A stretch of DNA of 63,999 nucleotides, filler included, from Dirinaria sp. TL-2023a (taxonomy: Eukaryota): assembly GCA_051941275.1 (NCBI GenBank). It is 6 parts of 6 records of this genome, joined end to end, with 100 filler letters (N's around TTAATTAATTAA, not from the genome) between each part and the next. Parts side by side here need not be neighbours in the genome. Positions count along the whole stretch, not along the records: positions 1 to 10,855 come from JAVEBF010000901.1; 5 more parts are not named here. One strand, 5' to 3'. Position numbers and translations under genes: made by a program. Shown piece by piece: positions 1 through 10,955 of this stretch. The notes below the pieces were generated by a model. It was not told the DNA's origin. It saw nothing but the letters and a program-made list of their open reading frames with translations, and searched no databases. The stretch's first letter is position 1, and each line of letters starts with the position of its first letter.

Positions 1-110
1 ACCTTGCCTGGAACCCACCATCCGTTCCTTAACTCAGTCCGTCCTCGACCATTGTTGTGTGATCTCTCCATTTCTTGCGCTGGTCTCGCGTCCAGATTTC
101 TCTCATTATT

Positions 111-1796
111 ATGCTGTTCTCATACTCTCTCTTAGCCCTAGAGGCCCTTACATTCCTTACTCTTGCCACGCCTTCTGTCGCTGGCCACGCAAGACTCCAC
201 CATTTCCAAGCTCGCCATGCGAAAACCGCCAACCCAAAACGAGACCAGCGGGCCAACGGCGGCCGGAGGTCGGTCATGCACGGACGTGACACCTCACCGG
301 TGGCTGTCACCCTCGGGGACCTGCAGTTGCTGCAGCAAGAGAGCACGGCCTTCACGGGCTGGATGAACTCTTGGTTCGCGTCCTCGCAATCCATCGACCG
401 AGCCACCTCGGCCGCGCAATTGAAGCAAGAGCTCCAGGCCTACGAAGGATGGATCAACGCCTGGCTCGATTCGGCCATGAACTCCACCGTCTCCGCGCCA
501 TCGCTTCCCTCCCAGGTCTCCGTGACCACCCCTGCAGGAGGAGCAAGCGTCAGCCTGGCAGTACCGACCACCATCATCTCTCCCATCAAAGCAAAGACCT
601 CCGCTACGCCACCCACCAAATCGTCCTCTGCTGCAGCTGCACAGAGCCCTGCTAACACTCCTTCGACGCCGGATTCCACATCGCCTACTGGAGGCGAATT
701 CTTCCAAGCACCAGCCACCAGTGCCGCAGCCTCTTCACCCTCCGCCGCGGCTCCTCAGCCCTCGGCCCCTCAACCAGTAGCGAGCAGCCCCGCTGCATCT
801 CCGTCTTCAGCTCCCGCATCGCAACAAAGCTCTTCCCCTCCCCCCTCCTCAGGCTCCTACCAATTCAACGCTGCCGCCTCCAACAACGTCGCGGTCTACT
901 ACGGCCAATCCGGCGCAACAGGCCAAGTGAGTCTTTCCAAGCTATGCCAAGACTCCTCGGTCGACATCGTCGTCCTCGCCTTCCTCACCACCTTCTTCGG
1001 GCCGGGGGGCATGCCCAGCATAAACCTAGGCTCGTCGTGCGGGGGGCAGACGGCGAAAATGCAAGCCGCCGGTGCCACGGGCCTGATGACCTGCCCGACC
1101 CTCTCCAGCGAGATCCAAACGTGCCAGAGCGCGGGCAAAAAAGTGCTGCTCAGCCTGGGCGGCTCAATCGCGACCTCGGCCTTCTCGAGCGACGCGCAAG
1201 CCACCGCTTTTGCCTCGACGCTCTGGAACCTCTTCGGCGGCGGGACGGGGCTCGACGCGGGGCTCCGCCCCTTTGGCGCCGACGTCAGCCTGGACGGCTT
1301 CGACGTCGACAACGAAGACCACAGCACGGCGCACTACGAAACCTTCGTCTCCGCGCTGCGCACCCAGCTGAACTCCAACCCCAGCACCGGTAAAAAATAC
1401 TACATCTCCGCCGCGCCGCAGTGCCCGCGCCCGGACGCCAGCATCCCGCTCGCGGCCATGCAGAGCATGGATTTCGTCTTCGTCCAGTTCTACAACAACG
1501 GCGACTGCAACGTCGGCCAACCGGGTTTCGCGGACAGTTTCAAGGCTTGGAGCCAGGATCTTGCCGCGAATGGGGCGGGACCGAAACTATACATCGGTGC
1601 CCCCGGATGCAGTTCCTGCGCCGGAAGCGGGTATGTGGCTCCTGCGCAGCTGGACGGCGTGTTGCAGAGCGCGATGCAGGCCGGCGTGAGCAATTTCGGC
1701 GGGGTCATGCTGTGGGATGGACCCGAGGCGCTGGAGAATACGGATGGTGGTGGAAAGGATTATTTGAGTACCGTCAAGGCGGCTCTGGGGTCTTGA
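111..1796 (+). CDS. Secreted GH18 class III (Cts1-like) chitinase with N-terminal extension
   Basis: Intronless ORF from ATG 111. Hydrophobic signal peptide, then an S/P/A/T-rich linker, then a GH18 domain: VAVYYGQ, KKVLLSLGG, intact catalytic DGFDVDNE (DxxDxDxE), ISAAPQCP, FVQFYNN, FGGVMLWD. Confidence 0.93.
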   Translation: MLFSYSLLALEALTFLTLATPSVAGHARLHHFQARHAKTANPKRDQRANGGRRSVMHGRDTSPVAVTLGDLQLLQQESTAFTGWMNSWFASSQSIDRATSAAQLKQELQAYEGWINAWLDSAMNSTVSAPSLPSQVSVTTPAGGASVSLAVPTTIISPIKAKTSATPPTKSSSAAAAQSPANTPSTPDSTSPTGGEFFQAPATSAAASSPSAAAPQPSAPQPVASSPAASPSSAPASQQSSSPPPSSGSYQFNAAASNNVAVYYGQSGATGQVSLSKLCQDSSVDIVVLAFLTTFFGPGGMPSINLGSSCGGQTAKMQAAGATGLMTCPTLSSEIQTCQSAGKKVLLSLGGSIATSAFSSDAQATAFASTLWNLFGGGTGLDAGLRPFGADVSLDGFDVDNEDHSTAHYETFVSALRTQLNSNPSTGKKYYISAAPQCPRPDASIPLAAMQSMDFVFVQFYNNGDCNVGQPGFADSFKAWSQDLAANGAGPKLYIGAPGCSSCAGSGYVAPAQLDGVLQSAMQAGVSNFGGVMLWDGPEALENTDGGGKDYLSTVKAALGS

Positions 1797-2347
1797 TGAT
1801 GATTATGAGAATAACGGAGTGAGGAGGGGAAGATGGGATGAATGCGATCCACAGGTCTGGACATATCACCATCTCTCTCCCCGTCCGAATATTGATATCA
1901 TCCGAGCGAGGGGATTTATACCACGCACATTTTTTTCGCCTCTGTAGATATTTAGGTGCTGGCTGCTGCTGCTGTTTCTAGCCATGTAGCTTAAACAAAT
2001 AACATGCCATTCACAAAAAGAAAAAAACAAAGCTTTTGAGAAAAAACCCCTGTTGGGGGGGTGGGGGAAGGTGAAGGGAGGGGGTTTTTCTTTTTTTATA
2101 TCCGGATATTGTTTCTTGGCTTATAACAGTCGAAGTGATACCTCACGGTACTTTGCACTCTTTTAGGTAAGTGTATAAAGGAAGCTTATACTATTATCCA
2201 ATCATAAATCGTGTACAACGCTAGGTATGAAGGGATCGTAAAATAAGTATGATAGCAGAGGCCCTGGATTGTATTCCCATTTTTTTTTTCTTCTTTTTTC
2301 TTACCTTGCCCTTGAAAATGGTCGACTCGTACCTGCTTCTTGGGGAT

Positions 2348-2477
2348 GTATGTATGTATGTATGTATGTTTGAGGTCTGGGGGTTACTCAAAGTACAAGT
2401 ACATGTGCATGCGTGGGATAAGGCCAGTATCAATGACTTTGGAAAAAAAAAAAGAAAAAGAAAAAGAAAAAGAAAAG
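2348..2477. repeat. Microsatellites (GTAT)n and (AAAAAG)n
   Basis: About 5 GTAT copies at ~2348-2368; A-run and AAAAAG copies at ~2443-2477. Confidence 0.85.
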
Positions 2478-2729
2478 GAAAGTTTAGAGCGAAGGATGCC
2501 TCGGAACCCCACGGAGCGATGGGGGGATAAGAGTTGAGGGTCCCAAAGCATAGTCGAACGCGCTGGAATACATTTTCAGCCAATGGCCTTCTTGTTTTCC
2601 CTGTTTTTGTTGTCGTACTGTTCTTCGAGATCTCAAGAGTGGAAACCGAAAGAAGAGCATCATGTGCTGATGTGCTGGTGATTCATAGTATGTTGAGATG
2701 ACATGGAACGTCATTTCTCTCCCAACCGT

Positions 2730-4675
2730 TCAAGCGTTCCAAATGCGTTTCTTGCCTCCCAGTGCGTCGGGAAACGCGAATTTGACCCATATGCCACAAG
2801 ACCTCGCGTACTCGACCGCATCGACGCCGACCGAATTGCAATACCAGAGATACAATTTCTGGAGCTTGGTCCCGGGTTTTTCGACGAGCGCTTTGACGCC
2901 GATGCCCGTGACCTTCGTTTCGGAAATATCGAGGATTATCAAGGAAGAGAGATTGGCCGCCAGGAGCTCTGCGAGATGGTCATCGACCCATGTGCGCGGG
3001 ATGCGTAGCTCCTCGAGCCTGGAAAAATAGCCCGAATTCGTGAGATGTTTCATGTCTTCGGAGCTCAGATGTGTACAGGACGTCAGGTCCAGCGAGAGCA
3101 GGTTCCCTTTATTAGGCTCGAGCAAGGCGTAAAGCGCAGCAATGGGGAAGTCTTGCCAGGGTTCAAAGTTCCCCATCACAAGTCTGCTTAAATTGTCAAG
3201 TTTGGCATAATTAATGATGTCATCCGAGCTGCAGTTATGGCAACCATTGATATTCAGTGTCTGAATTGACTGTGGAAGCCGTGGAAACCAGGCAAAGTGC
3301 ATATTAGCGAGGCCCAAGATCTCGAGCTCTGTTAGGGAGGAGAAATTAAGCATTCCCGTAGTGAAGACATCGGGGTTATTATTATCTTTAATGTCCAGTT
3401 CTCGGATACGCCCGAGTTTCGGGACGAGGGATGTCTTAGAGGTTAGCACGGTATAGCATCAATGACTGAAGCTAACTTACAAGCTCTAATGTGTCGCTTG
3501 ATGAGTTCCCCCTAATGTGTTCGCGTGAAGTTATTGATAACGATCGCAATCTTGATAGATCACCTGTCCAATAAGCAGGATAGCGAGCGAAAACAGAACG
3601 GAATTTTGCTGTCTCCAGACTGCTGCAGTGCGAAAGTATTTGACACACGGCATCCAAACTTATTTCCCCACCGACGTGCAATGTCTGCAGTCTTGTGAGC
3701 GCGGGAGCAGCATCAACAAGAGACATGCACGTGAGTCCGCCAGAGATCTCCAGGCGAGCCAGAGCTTTACAACGGGTAGCAATGCATTTGAGTATGCGAA
3801 GATCCGGTTTGTTCCCCAAGAGCTTGGCATTAACAACGCTACCGCGAGATCGTTTGATATACCATAACACTGTTCCGATTGGGGGACTCTTTTTCGCGCC
3901 TGATAAGTTAAGGCCGCTCCATAATTTAGGTGTCGAGTGCAAGAAGGAGCGCCAGGATCGAGAGACAGTTGAGAGCTTACTCGAATATAGTGAGTTCACA
4001 TTCACTAGTTTGATAGGGTAAATGCTTACACTATCGTCATGAAGTCCAAATATTCGAAGACCATGCTGTTGACCTCCGCCGGAAGGACTTGTAAAGGATC
4101 GACAGATTTGTGGGGACAGCATTGCTTGACGAGTTTATCGTACATAAGCTGTATGAGCTACACAAATAATCAGAATCTTTCTTCGATAGGGATAGTGTTT
4201 GATACCTCTCGGTTCGGATCTTTCGACGGCACATTTCGTAGACCATATTGATATATGTTCAACGCAGCGTCTTGTTTGCCGAGTAGACGTAAGATTTGGC
4301 CAGTACGAAGGTAACCCTAGTGGAATCAGCCTTAACTCCACACGGACGCTGTCCAGCCACAAAATACCGTGCAATTGATCTTGTACTCCTGGATCATTGT
4401 CCGTCCATCTCGCAGACCAGCCCGTAAGTCTCCCAGCTTTGCATGAGTAGCTGCTCGGCTGTCGAGCAAATTGAGAGATGGTTTCCGCCCCTCTTGGACC
4501 ACCTGCTCGGTCTCAGCCTTGACTTACTTCATCTAATTTGTGATGACACGATTACAGCATTGAAGCGCTGCAGCGCAGCATGGTATTTACCCTGCCGGTA
4601 GAGTTCCTGCCCTTGCCGCTGATACTCGTCAGCTTCAAACTCGGTCGGCTTCAAGCGTATCGTGCATATGCTCAT
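2730..4675 (-). CDS. TPR + F-box + leucine-rich repeat protein (Pof3/Dia2-like SCF substrate adaptor), multi-exon
   Basis: Manual minus-strand translation. TPR-like exons (GQELYRQGKYHAALQRFN, LLDSRAATHAKLGD, GYLRTGQILRLLG), F-box (DPLQVLPAEVNSMVFEYLDF...VSRSWRSFL...LW) and LRRs in ORFs 3472-4122 and 2730-3449. Confidence 0.85.
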
Positions 4676-4768
4676 GGTTTTCGCTAGTCGCTGGCGAGAG
4701 TAAAGCAGAGCTTGTTCATAACGGGAAGTATCGGACCTTAGGAATAGACCATGTTGAGCTCCTGAGAC

Positions 4769-4796
4769 ACGCGAAGCGCGTTCTCGAAGCGCGTTT
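4769..4796. promoter_or_regulatory. Cluster of MCB-like (ACGCG-core) elements in the divergent promoter
   Basis: ACGCGA overlapping/followed by two copies of CGAAGCGCGTT, about 100 nt upstream of the Pof3-like ATG. Confidence 0.45.
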
Positions 4797-5200
4797 TAGA
4801 TGGATGAAGGTACGAGCTTACATAATCTTGCCCTATTGAGTCTTACTTGGGAAGGCAGAGTGCGGGCGCCGAATAGGGTTAGCATCTTCTTGATGAGCCC
4901 TAAGGTAATTTGGCTTGCCCTTTTCGGGCAAACGTTGCCAAGACTTGTCCGGAGTTTAAGAAATTCCCAAGAGTGAAGGTAAAGTAAGATTCTTAAGCTC
5001 GCGCCAATCAACTTTTTTCCTGTCGATAGACCTCTATATTACCCTGTTTAAATGTTCTGATCCCGACCTTCTGCGCGCGCTACCGGTACATGCTGCAACT
5101 CCATGTTCTTTAAGATCATTCAGCTCAATTAGAAGTTGAGCTCTTTCAAATAGGCCCCAGAGGCCCACCAAACCACCAACGATCGCTGAGCAACCACGCT

Positions 5201-7432
5201 ATGACGACCATTGATGAACTATTCAAGGTGCTGCTCATTCCCACCGTACATGTATTATCAAAGCTAAATCACCCAGGGATCCTCTGCATCAAACAACAAA
5301 CGTAAATTAGACATCGCCCGTAACCCAGGTATAGCAGCTGCCTCTCTATCTCTTGATAAGACTGACGTTCAGAAGACGCTATCTACAAAGCGACTAAGAT
5401 TAGCGCGAATGGCGATGTGAAGAGTCATGGGAGAGCTGCAGACGATGATGATAATGTGGACGACATAGAAGCAGGGCCAGAGCTGCCGCCAGACTATGAT
5501 GGAGCAGAGGATGAAGAAGGTCGTTTCTTCGGCGGCGGGATTACTACGGACACTGCAGATGTTCTTGACTTCATCGATGACCGTGATAAGGACGGAGCAG
5601 CGGTAATCAGCGAGCAGTACAAATGTGAAGAAACAGTCTCTTACTGATATCGGACCACAGAAAGAGGAGAAGATAGACTCTGCATGGCTTCGGAAAATGG
5701 CGCTCAACTTTGAAAAGAAGATATCGAAAAACTCAGAACTCAGAGTCAAATTTGAAGACACCCCCCAGAAGTACGTGCTGGAAAAACGCGCGTAACGGTG
5801 GGTCTCATCTAACCTCTCGCGCAGGTTCATGAGCTCAGAGGCAGATTTAGATGCGGAGATCAAATCAGTGTCAATTCTCTCGGAGCATCCGGAGCTCTAC
5901 CCAGAATTTGCGAAACTCGGCTGTGTGGCTTCTCTGGTTTCGCTTCTCTCGCATGAGAATACTGATATCGCTATTGGCGCTATCGAGCTCATCAATGAGC
6001 TTACTGATGAAGATGTAGAAGCAGAGCAGGCTCACTGGGATGCGTTGATTGATGCACTGGTGAGTCAATACTGTAAGAATTGGCACTCGCGCTGATCGCT
6101 CGCAGCTCGACGCCGATCTTAGCAATCTTCTATTCGAGAACCTGAAACGAATGGACGAGAGCATTGAGTCAGATAGAGCTGGAATCTACCATATACTAGG
6201 TGTGTCATCACCATCCTTAACATATAAGTGGAGCACATTCACAAATTTTACAGGTGTCGTGGAAAATCTCTCATCACGCCTCTCTTTTGCAGCAAAGATC
6301 GCGGAGCAGACTTCCATTATCAGCTGGCTCTTGTCACGCATACAAAGGTCAGAGCCTGCAGTCAGCCAGAACAAGCAATATTCGGCTGAGGTCCTTGCAA
6401 TCCTTCTCCAGTCATCGGAGTCCAATCGGTCGCAGCTGATTGAGCAAGATGGAATCGACGTCTTTTTACAGTTACTTAGCGCGTATAGGAAGCGCGATCC
6501 AGCCAAAGGCAGTGAAGAAGAAGAATACGTTGAGAATGTATTCGATTGTATCACGTGCTGCGTAGATGAGGCAGATGGTAAACAGAAGCTTTTGGACGCT
6601 GAAGGGATAGAGCTCTGCGTCATCATGCTCAAAGAAGGCAAAATGAGTAGACCACGAGCCTTACGGTTGCTCGATCATGCGCTTGGTGGTGTACACGGAG
6701 CGCCTTGTTGTGAAAAGTTGATCGAGGCCGCGGGCTTGAAGGCTATATTTAGCTTGCTTATGAAGAAGGTATGAAATGAGAAGTTCCTCTTTCCTTGTTT
6801 CGGTCGCTGACAATTATTAGCACGATGATCAAATGGCTGAACATCTTCTTGGTATTCTGGGTTCCATGTTCCGCTCACTACCTGCAGACTCTGCGCTACG
6901 GATCCGATTGCTTGCGAAATTTATCGAGAAAGACTATGAAAAGATCGGACGCTTGATACAAATTCGGCAAGATTATCTATCGAAATTTTCAATCGTAGAG
7001 CAAGACATCAAGCAAGAGAGAGCTGGGCTCTCGTCGACTGAACAGGTAAGTAAAGAGGATGAATGGCTATCGAGGCGCCTCGATGCCGGTCTTTTCTCGT
7101 TACAGGTGGGTTCCTAATCAATAGCACATCAGAATGACCAATGGGTGCTAAAACGATACTCTTCAAGGCTGTGGATGTAATTCTCGCTTGGCTAGTCGCC
7201 GAGGACGAGGGAGCTAAAACTCAAATTCAAAACCTGCTCTCGGATCGAGATGAGACGCTGCAGGACTTAGGAGCAACGTTACAAGGTACATCGCGATTAA
7301 TAGATGATCATCCTCGTAATGTAGCAAAGCTGACATCAGGTAGATCAGCTAAACAGCATGAACGCGAGCCCAGACGACGAAGACCCGGTGGTCAAAGATA
7401 TGCTTGGCACGCTTCTGAGCTATTTACATTAG
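5201..7432 (+). CDS. CTNNBL1: Beta-catenin-like protein 1 (CTNNBL1/DUF1716, Prp19-complex spliceosomal protein), multi-exon
   Basis: MTTIDELFK start, EDEEGRFFGGG, FMSSEADLDAEIK...HPELYPEF...LLSHENTDIAI, NKQYSAEVLAILLQ, YRKRDP...EEEEYVENVFD, WLSRRLDAGLFSLQ. Canonical introns. Confidence 0.92.
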
Positions 7433-7524
7433 CATGAGTATCTACAGAATCTCTATCCTGGCACCATTTCCAGGTACGCTGAGGGTATATTCCTCGTTAC
7501 TGTCACGACCTTGGACATGGGCTA

Positions 7525-8674
7525 CTATAGCCTCTCCTTCTCTCGCCTGTCATCATGCGCACTGTCCTTTTCAGACTGTTCTCTGCTGTCTTTCTGGACA
7601 CTACTGCCTTCAGTGCGCCGCCTCTGCTTGATGACATCCTCTCTGCATCGGACTTCCAAGCTTTGCGGCCTTCCATCTCGGAGAATACAAGTGATCAGCC
7701 TTTTGCCGTCACCTTTTCTGCCAGTATCTTCGACTTCTGGGCCTGCTTTATCTAATGCCAGAAAGACCCGTTTACCATCCTTCCACGTCGGGTACGGACT
7801 AATACACTTTTCAGGCCAGCTGGGTTCGCCATTTTCTTGGCGCCTCCAAAAATCTACCAGTTTACTTCGCTGTGCGTTCAGGGCGTCGAAGTCTCCTGGG
7901 TCTGGAACAGGGTCTAGGAAAGGGGCAAGGACCGTCAAAAGGAAAAACTGCGGTGGGAAAAGTATTATCTCGTTCGCCTTGTAGCGAGAAAGCCAGTCGC
8001 AGACTGGTCGGAACTCTGCTTTTGTATGCTCGATACCACCATCCGACGTGGGAATTTGGGTTATGTCCGGGAGATCTGGCGACGAGGATAACGGCAGTAA
8101 GTATAGATACATCTGTGTGGAGTAACGTCGGGGAGCGGTGATGGGAGTCAACCATCGCGTAAACGGTGCCAAGGAGTTTAAGTCCGCCCTTGCTTCTATG
8201 GTATCTAACCATTCCGAGAATGTCGTCTTTCCGCTATGAATAGCGTGTCTGCCTTTCTCTCTTTCGTCGTTGCTTAGGTTTAACAGCGTTCCGCTCTCGC
8301 GCAATTTTTCTTTGGCGAGCAGAATCCCGCTCTCTTCGAAGCATTCTCTGATAGCCCCCATGCGGTAAGCACTGTTATCTTCGTGTCGCCTGGGGTCCTC
8401 TATAGGTGGCATATAGCCATCCTGCGGTGAAATATGTCCGCCTGGAAACACATGGGCTGAAGCGAAGGCGGTAGAAGTTGTGACTCGGTGGAGGAGCAGA
8501 ATGGTATTCTGAGGAGAAATGAGTAGGATACTAAGGCTTGTAAGTAGTTATTCCGGATTCCCACAAATTTGAAAAGAGCTAATTTTACCTTGCACTGGGG
8601 CTAGGTATTGGCGGAGATCTATCTTTTTTTGATGGTTTCGGCCCGTTTCCATTTTGAGTCCCCATATCCACCAT
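7525..8674 (-). CDS. NUDIX hydrolase (NUDT19-like)
   Basis: ILLLHR...FASAHVFPGG, Nudix box AIRECFEESG, FTRWLTP...RRYSTQMYLY, ILFPPQF. One intron at about 8533-8589. Start codon uncertain. Confidence 0.85.
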
Positions 8675-9561
8675 AGCGGCAGAGAACGAACGTAGACTTC
8701 GATAGGTCCAAGTATTGATACAGTCTATCAGATCTAGCCTAAGACTAACAGCCAAGTTGGAAGAGCTTAGATAAAGCGTTCGAAATCCTCGACTTCCTAC
8801 ACCCGTTGCAATGTACCGCTTCAGAGCAAATAGAGCCAGGGTGGCGAGTTTCAGCAAAAGAGCATCCAACAGAGAAATCGTGCCAAACGTATCTGAAACT
8901 AAATCGCAACGGTCAACATGAGCCCAGAATCGGTATTCTTTGGATAGAGTAGCCTTATTGAATGGAAGTCAAGGCACAAGAACTAGGTAGATGGACAGTG
9001 CTTCGTTCAAGTAAGTGACGTCCCTTGCCTCGGCTTTGCAGTTAAGCGAGCCGAGGCCCGATATTTAGCCACTGATCAGCATATCAGCATACTTTACCTC
9101 ACATATACCTTATGCGCAGCGAGTCAATATCAACTTCTTCTCATGATTGTTGCAGCTCTGACAGTGCTAATCCACAATATAGATCAGATATAGAACATGA
9201 ACAGAATCCAGAAAACAATGAACTCATACAGATGATCCCATTGCCTTGTTGTCAGACATTGTGCTTGAATGCAATGAACTGAGCTCAGGTTTGCAAGGTC
9301 TCTTATCGATGGCTCCACTCTGCTCGACACTTTTCAATTCACTGTTGATTAATGACAAATGGTCATATGATGGCTCGCTTAGTGCGCGCACACGATCTTC
9401 CTTTTCTGCTTCTGCCTCGTATACCTCAGTATTTACTACATATCGCTTCAACCTTGTCACCCCCCAATCTCGAGTATCTGTGGACGAGTATTGCTTACCT
9501 ATCAACCCGCTCTTCTATTGTACAGACAACCCTTACCTTTTGCTCTACCCTTCAATCACTG

Positions 9562-10207
9562 CTCTTCTGGGTTCGAGGAAATACATTGCTCCCTGAGTCG
9601 CGTCCTCTACTTCTGCTCCTCTGGGTTCGTGAAGAAGAATTGCTCCTTGTGTCGAGTCCTCCCCTCCTGCTCCTGAGAGTTTGTGGAAATACATTGCTCC
9701 TTGGGTTGGGTCCTCTACTCCTGCTCCTCTGAGTTCGTGGAATAGCACTGCTCCTTGGGTTGGGTCCTCTCCTCCTGCTCCTGAGAGTCTGTGGAAATAC
9801 ATTGCTCCTTGGGTCACGTCCCCTCCCTCTGCTCATCTGAGTTCGTGGAAATACATTGCTCCTTGGGTCGCGTCACCTCCCTCTGCTCTGAGTTCGTCGA
9901 AAAGCATTGCTCCTTGGGTTGCGTCCTCTCCTCCTGCTCTTTTGAGGTCGTCGAAAAGCATCGCTCCTTGGGACACGTCCTCTACTCCTGCTGCTCTGGG
10001 TTCGTCGAAAAGCATCGCTCCTCGGGTCACGTCCTCTCCTGCTCTTCTGAGTCCGTGGAAATACATTGCTCCTTGGGTTGCGTCCTCTACTCCTGCTCCT
10101 TCGAGTTCCTGAAAAAGCACTGCTCTTTGGGTCGCGTCACCTCCCTCTGCTCCTTCGAGTTAGTGAAAAAGCACTGCTCGTTGCGTCGCGTCCTCTCCTC
10201 GTGCTCC
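9562..10207. repeat. Degenerate tandem array of about 12 units of 54 bp (two units 51 bp)
   Basis: Approximate consensus ctcctctgagttcgtggaaatacattgctccttgggtcgcgtcctctactcctg. Appears as 18-aa periodicity in several ORF translations. Confidence 0.92.
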
Positions 10208-10267
10208 GTCACCAGACACTCGAAGCTTCCAACACACTCCATCACATACAACCCAGCTTCGCGAAAA

Positions 10268-10855
10268 ATGTCGAACCAAGCCGGAAAGACGATCCTGCTC
10301 CCCACCGCGCCGAGGCTCGAAAAACTCCCCGGTGAAATAGAACAGGACATTCTCGACCTGCCAGACCTATCACGACTAGACAGACTCAGTCTGCGAGCCG
10401 CGTGCGCCCCCGCCGCAGGATTCCTTTTCGTCCCGCCCTTCCAGCCTCACGAGCTCTTCCAGCTCGAGAAGGAGACCGCCGGCTGGCCCCAAGCCCCGCT
10501 CGGCTGCAGCGTGTGTCGACGGCTTCGGCCAAACAACAAGTTCACCGACCGAGCCGTCAGAAGCAGCGACCGCGGGCGCGGGGGCCCGTTTGCACATAAT
10601 CGCGTCTGCGTCGACTGCGGCGTCAAGCCCGACGAGGCCGGGCACCAGGTCTACGTCAAGGGGACGTACCTGAAGATCAGCAACCAGGTGCATGTCGTGT
10701 GCTCCCGGTGCAACCAGGTGCGCCTGGCGGGGATCAAGAGGGGCGGGTTCTGCGCAACGTGCGCCCCCGCGGTGGGCGCAGTCAAGGCCCTCAAAAAGGG
10801 CAAAGAACCCGCCGCCGCCAAGAAAGAAGCCCGTAAGTCTCTCTCTCTCCCTCTC
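10268..10855 (+). CDS. F-box-like protein with Cys-rich (CxxC) putative zinc-binding region; 3' end truncated by contig end
   Basis: LEKLPGEIEQDILDL...LSLRAAC resembles an F-box, followed by CSVCRRLRP...F.D, VCVDCG, VCSRC and FCATC. Confidence 0.65.
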
Positions 10856-10955
10856 NNNNNNNNNNNNNNNNNNNNNNNNNNNNNNNNNNNNNNNNNNNNT
10901 TAATTAATTAANNNNNNNNNNNNNNNNNNNNNNNNNNNNNNNNNNNNNNNNNNNN
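10856..10955. other. Artificial contig linker
   Basis: N44-TTAATTAATTAA-N44 (stops in all six frames). Confidence 0.99.

Noticed and set aside
29..1822. Multiple overlapping and antisense ORFs over the chitinase (also over the FAD and GH128 genes)
   Set aside because: Expected shadow ORFs of GC-rich coding sequence.
9562..10207. CRISPR-like array, or RiPP (dikaritin/KEP) precursor with a KYIAPW core
   Set aside because: Units are contiguous with no unique spacers and the context is eukaryotic. The peptide frame has no ATG or signal peptide, no Kex2 sites, internal stops, and no DUF3328 neighbour.
10900..10911. Recurrent TTAATTAATTAA palindrome as a biological motif
   Set aside because: Always centred in N runs; it is a six-frame stop linker added during concatenation.
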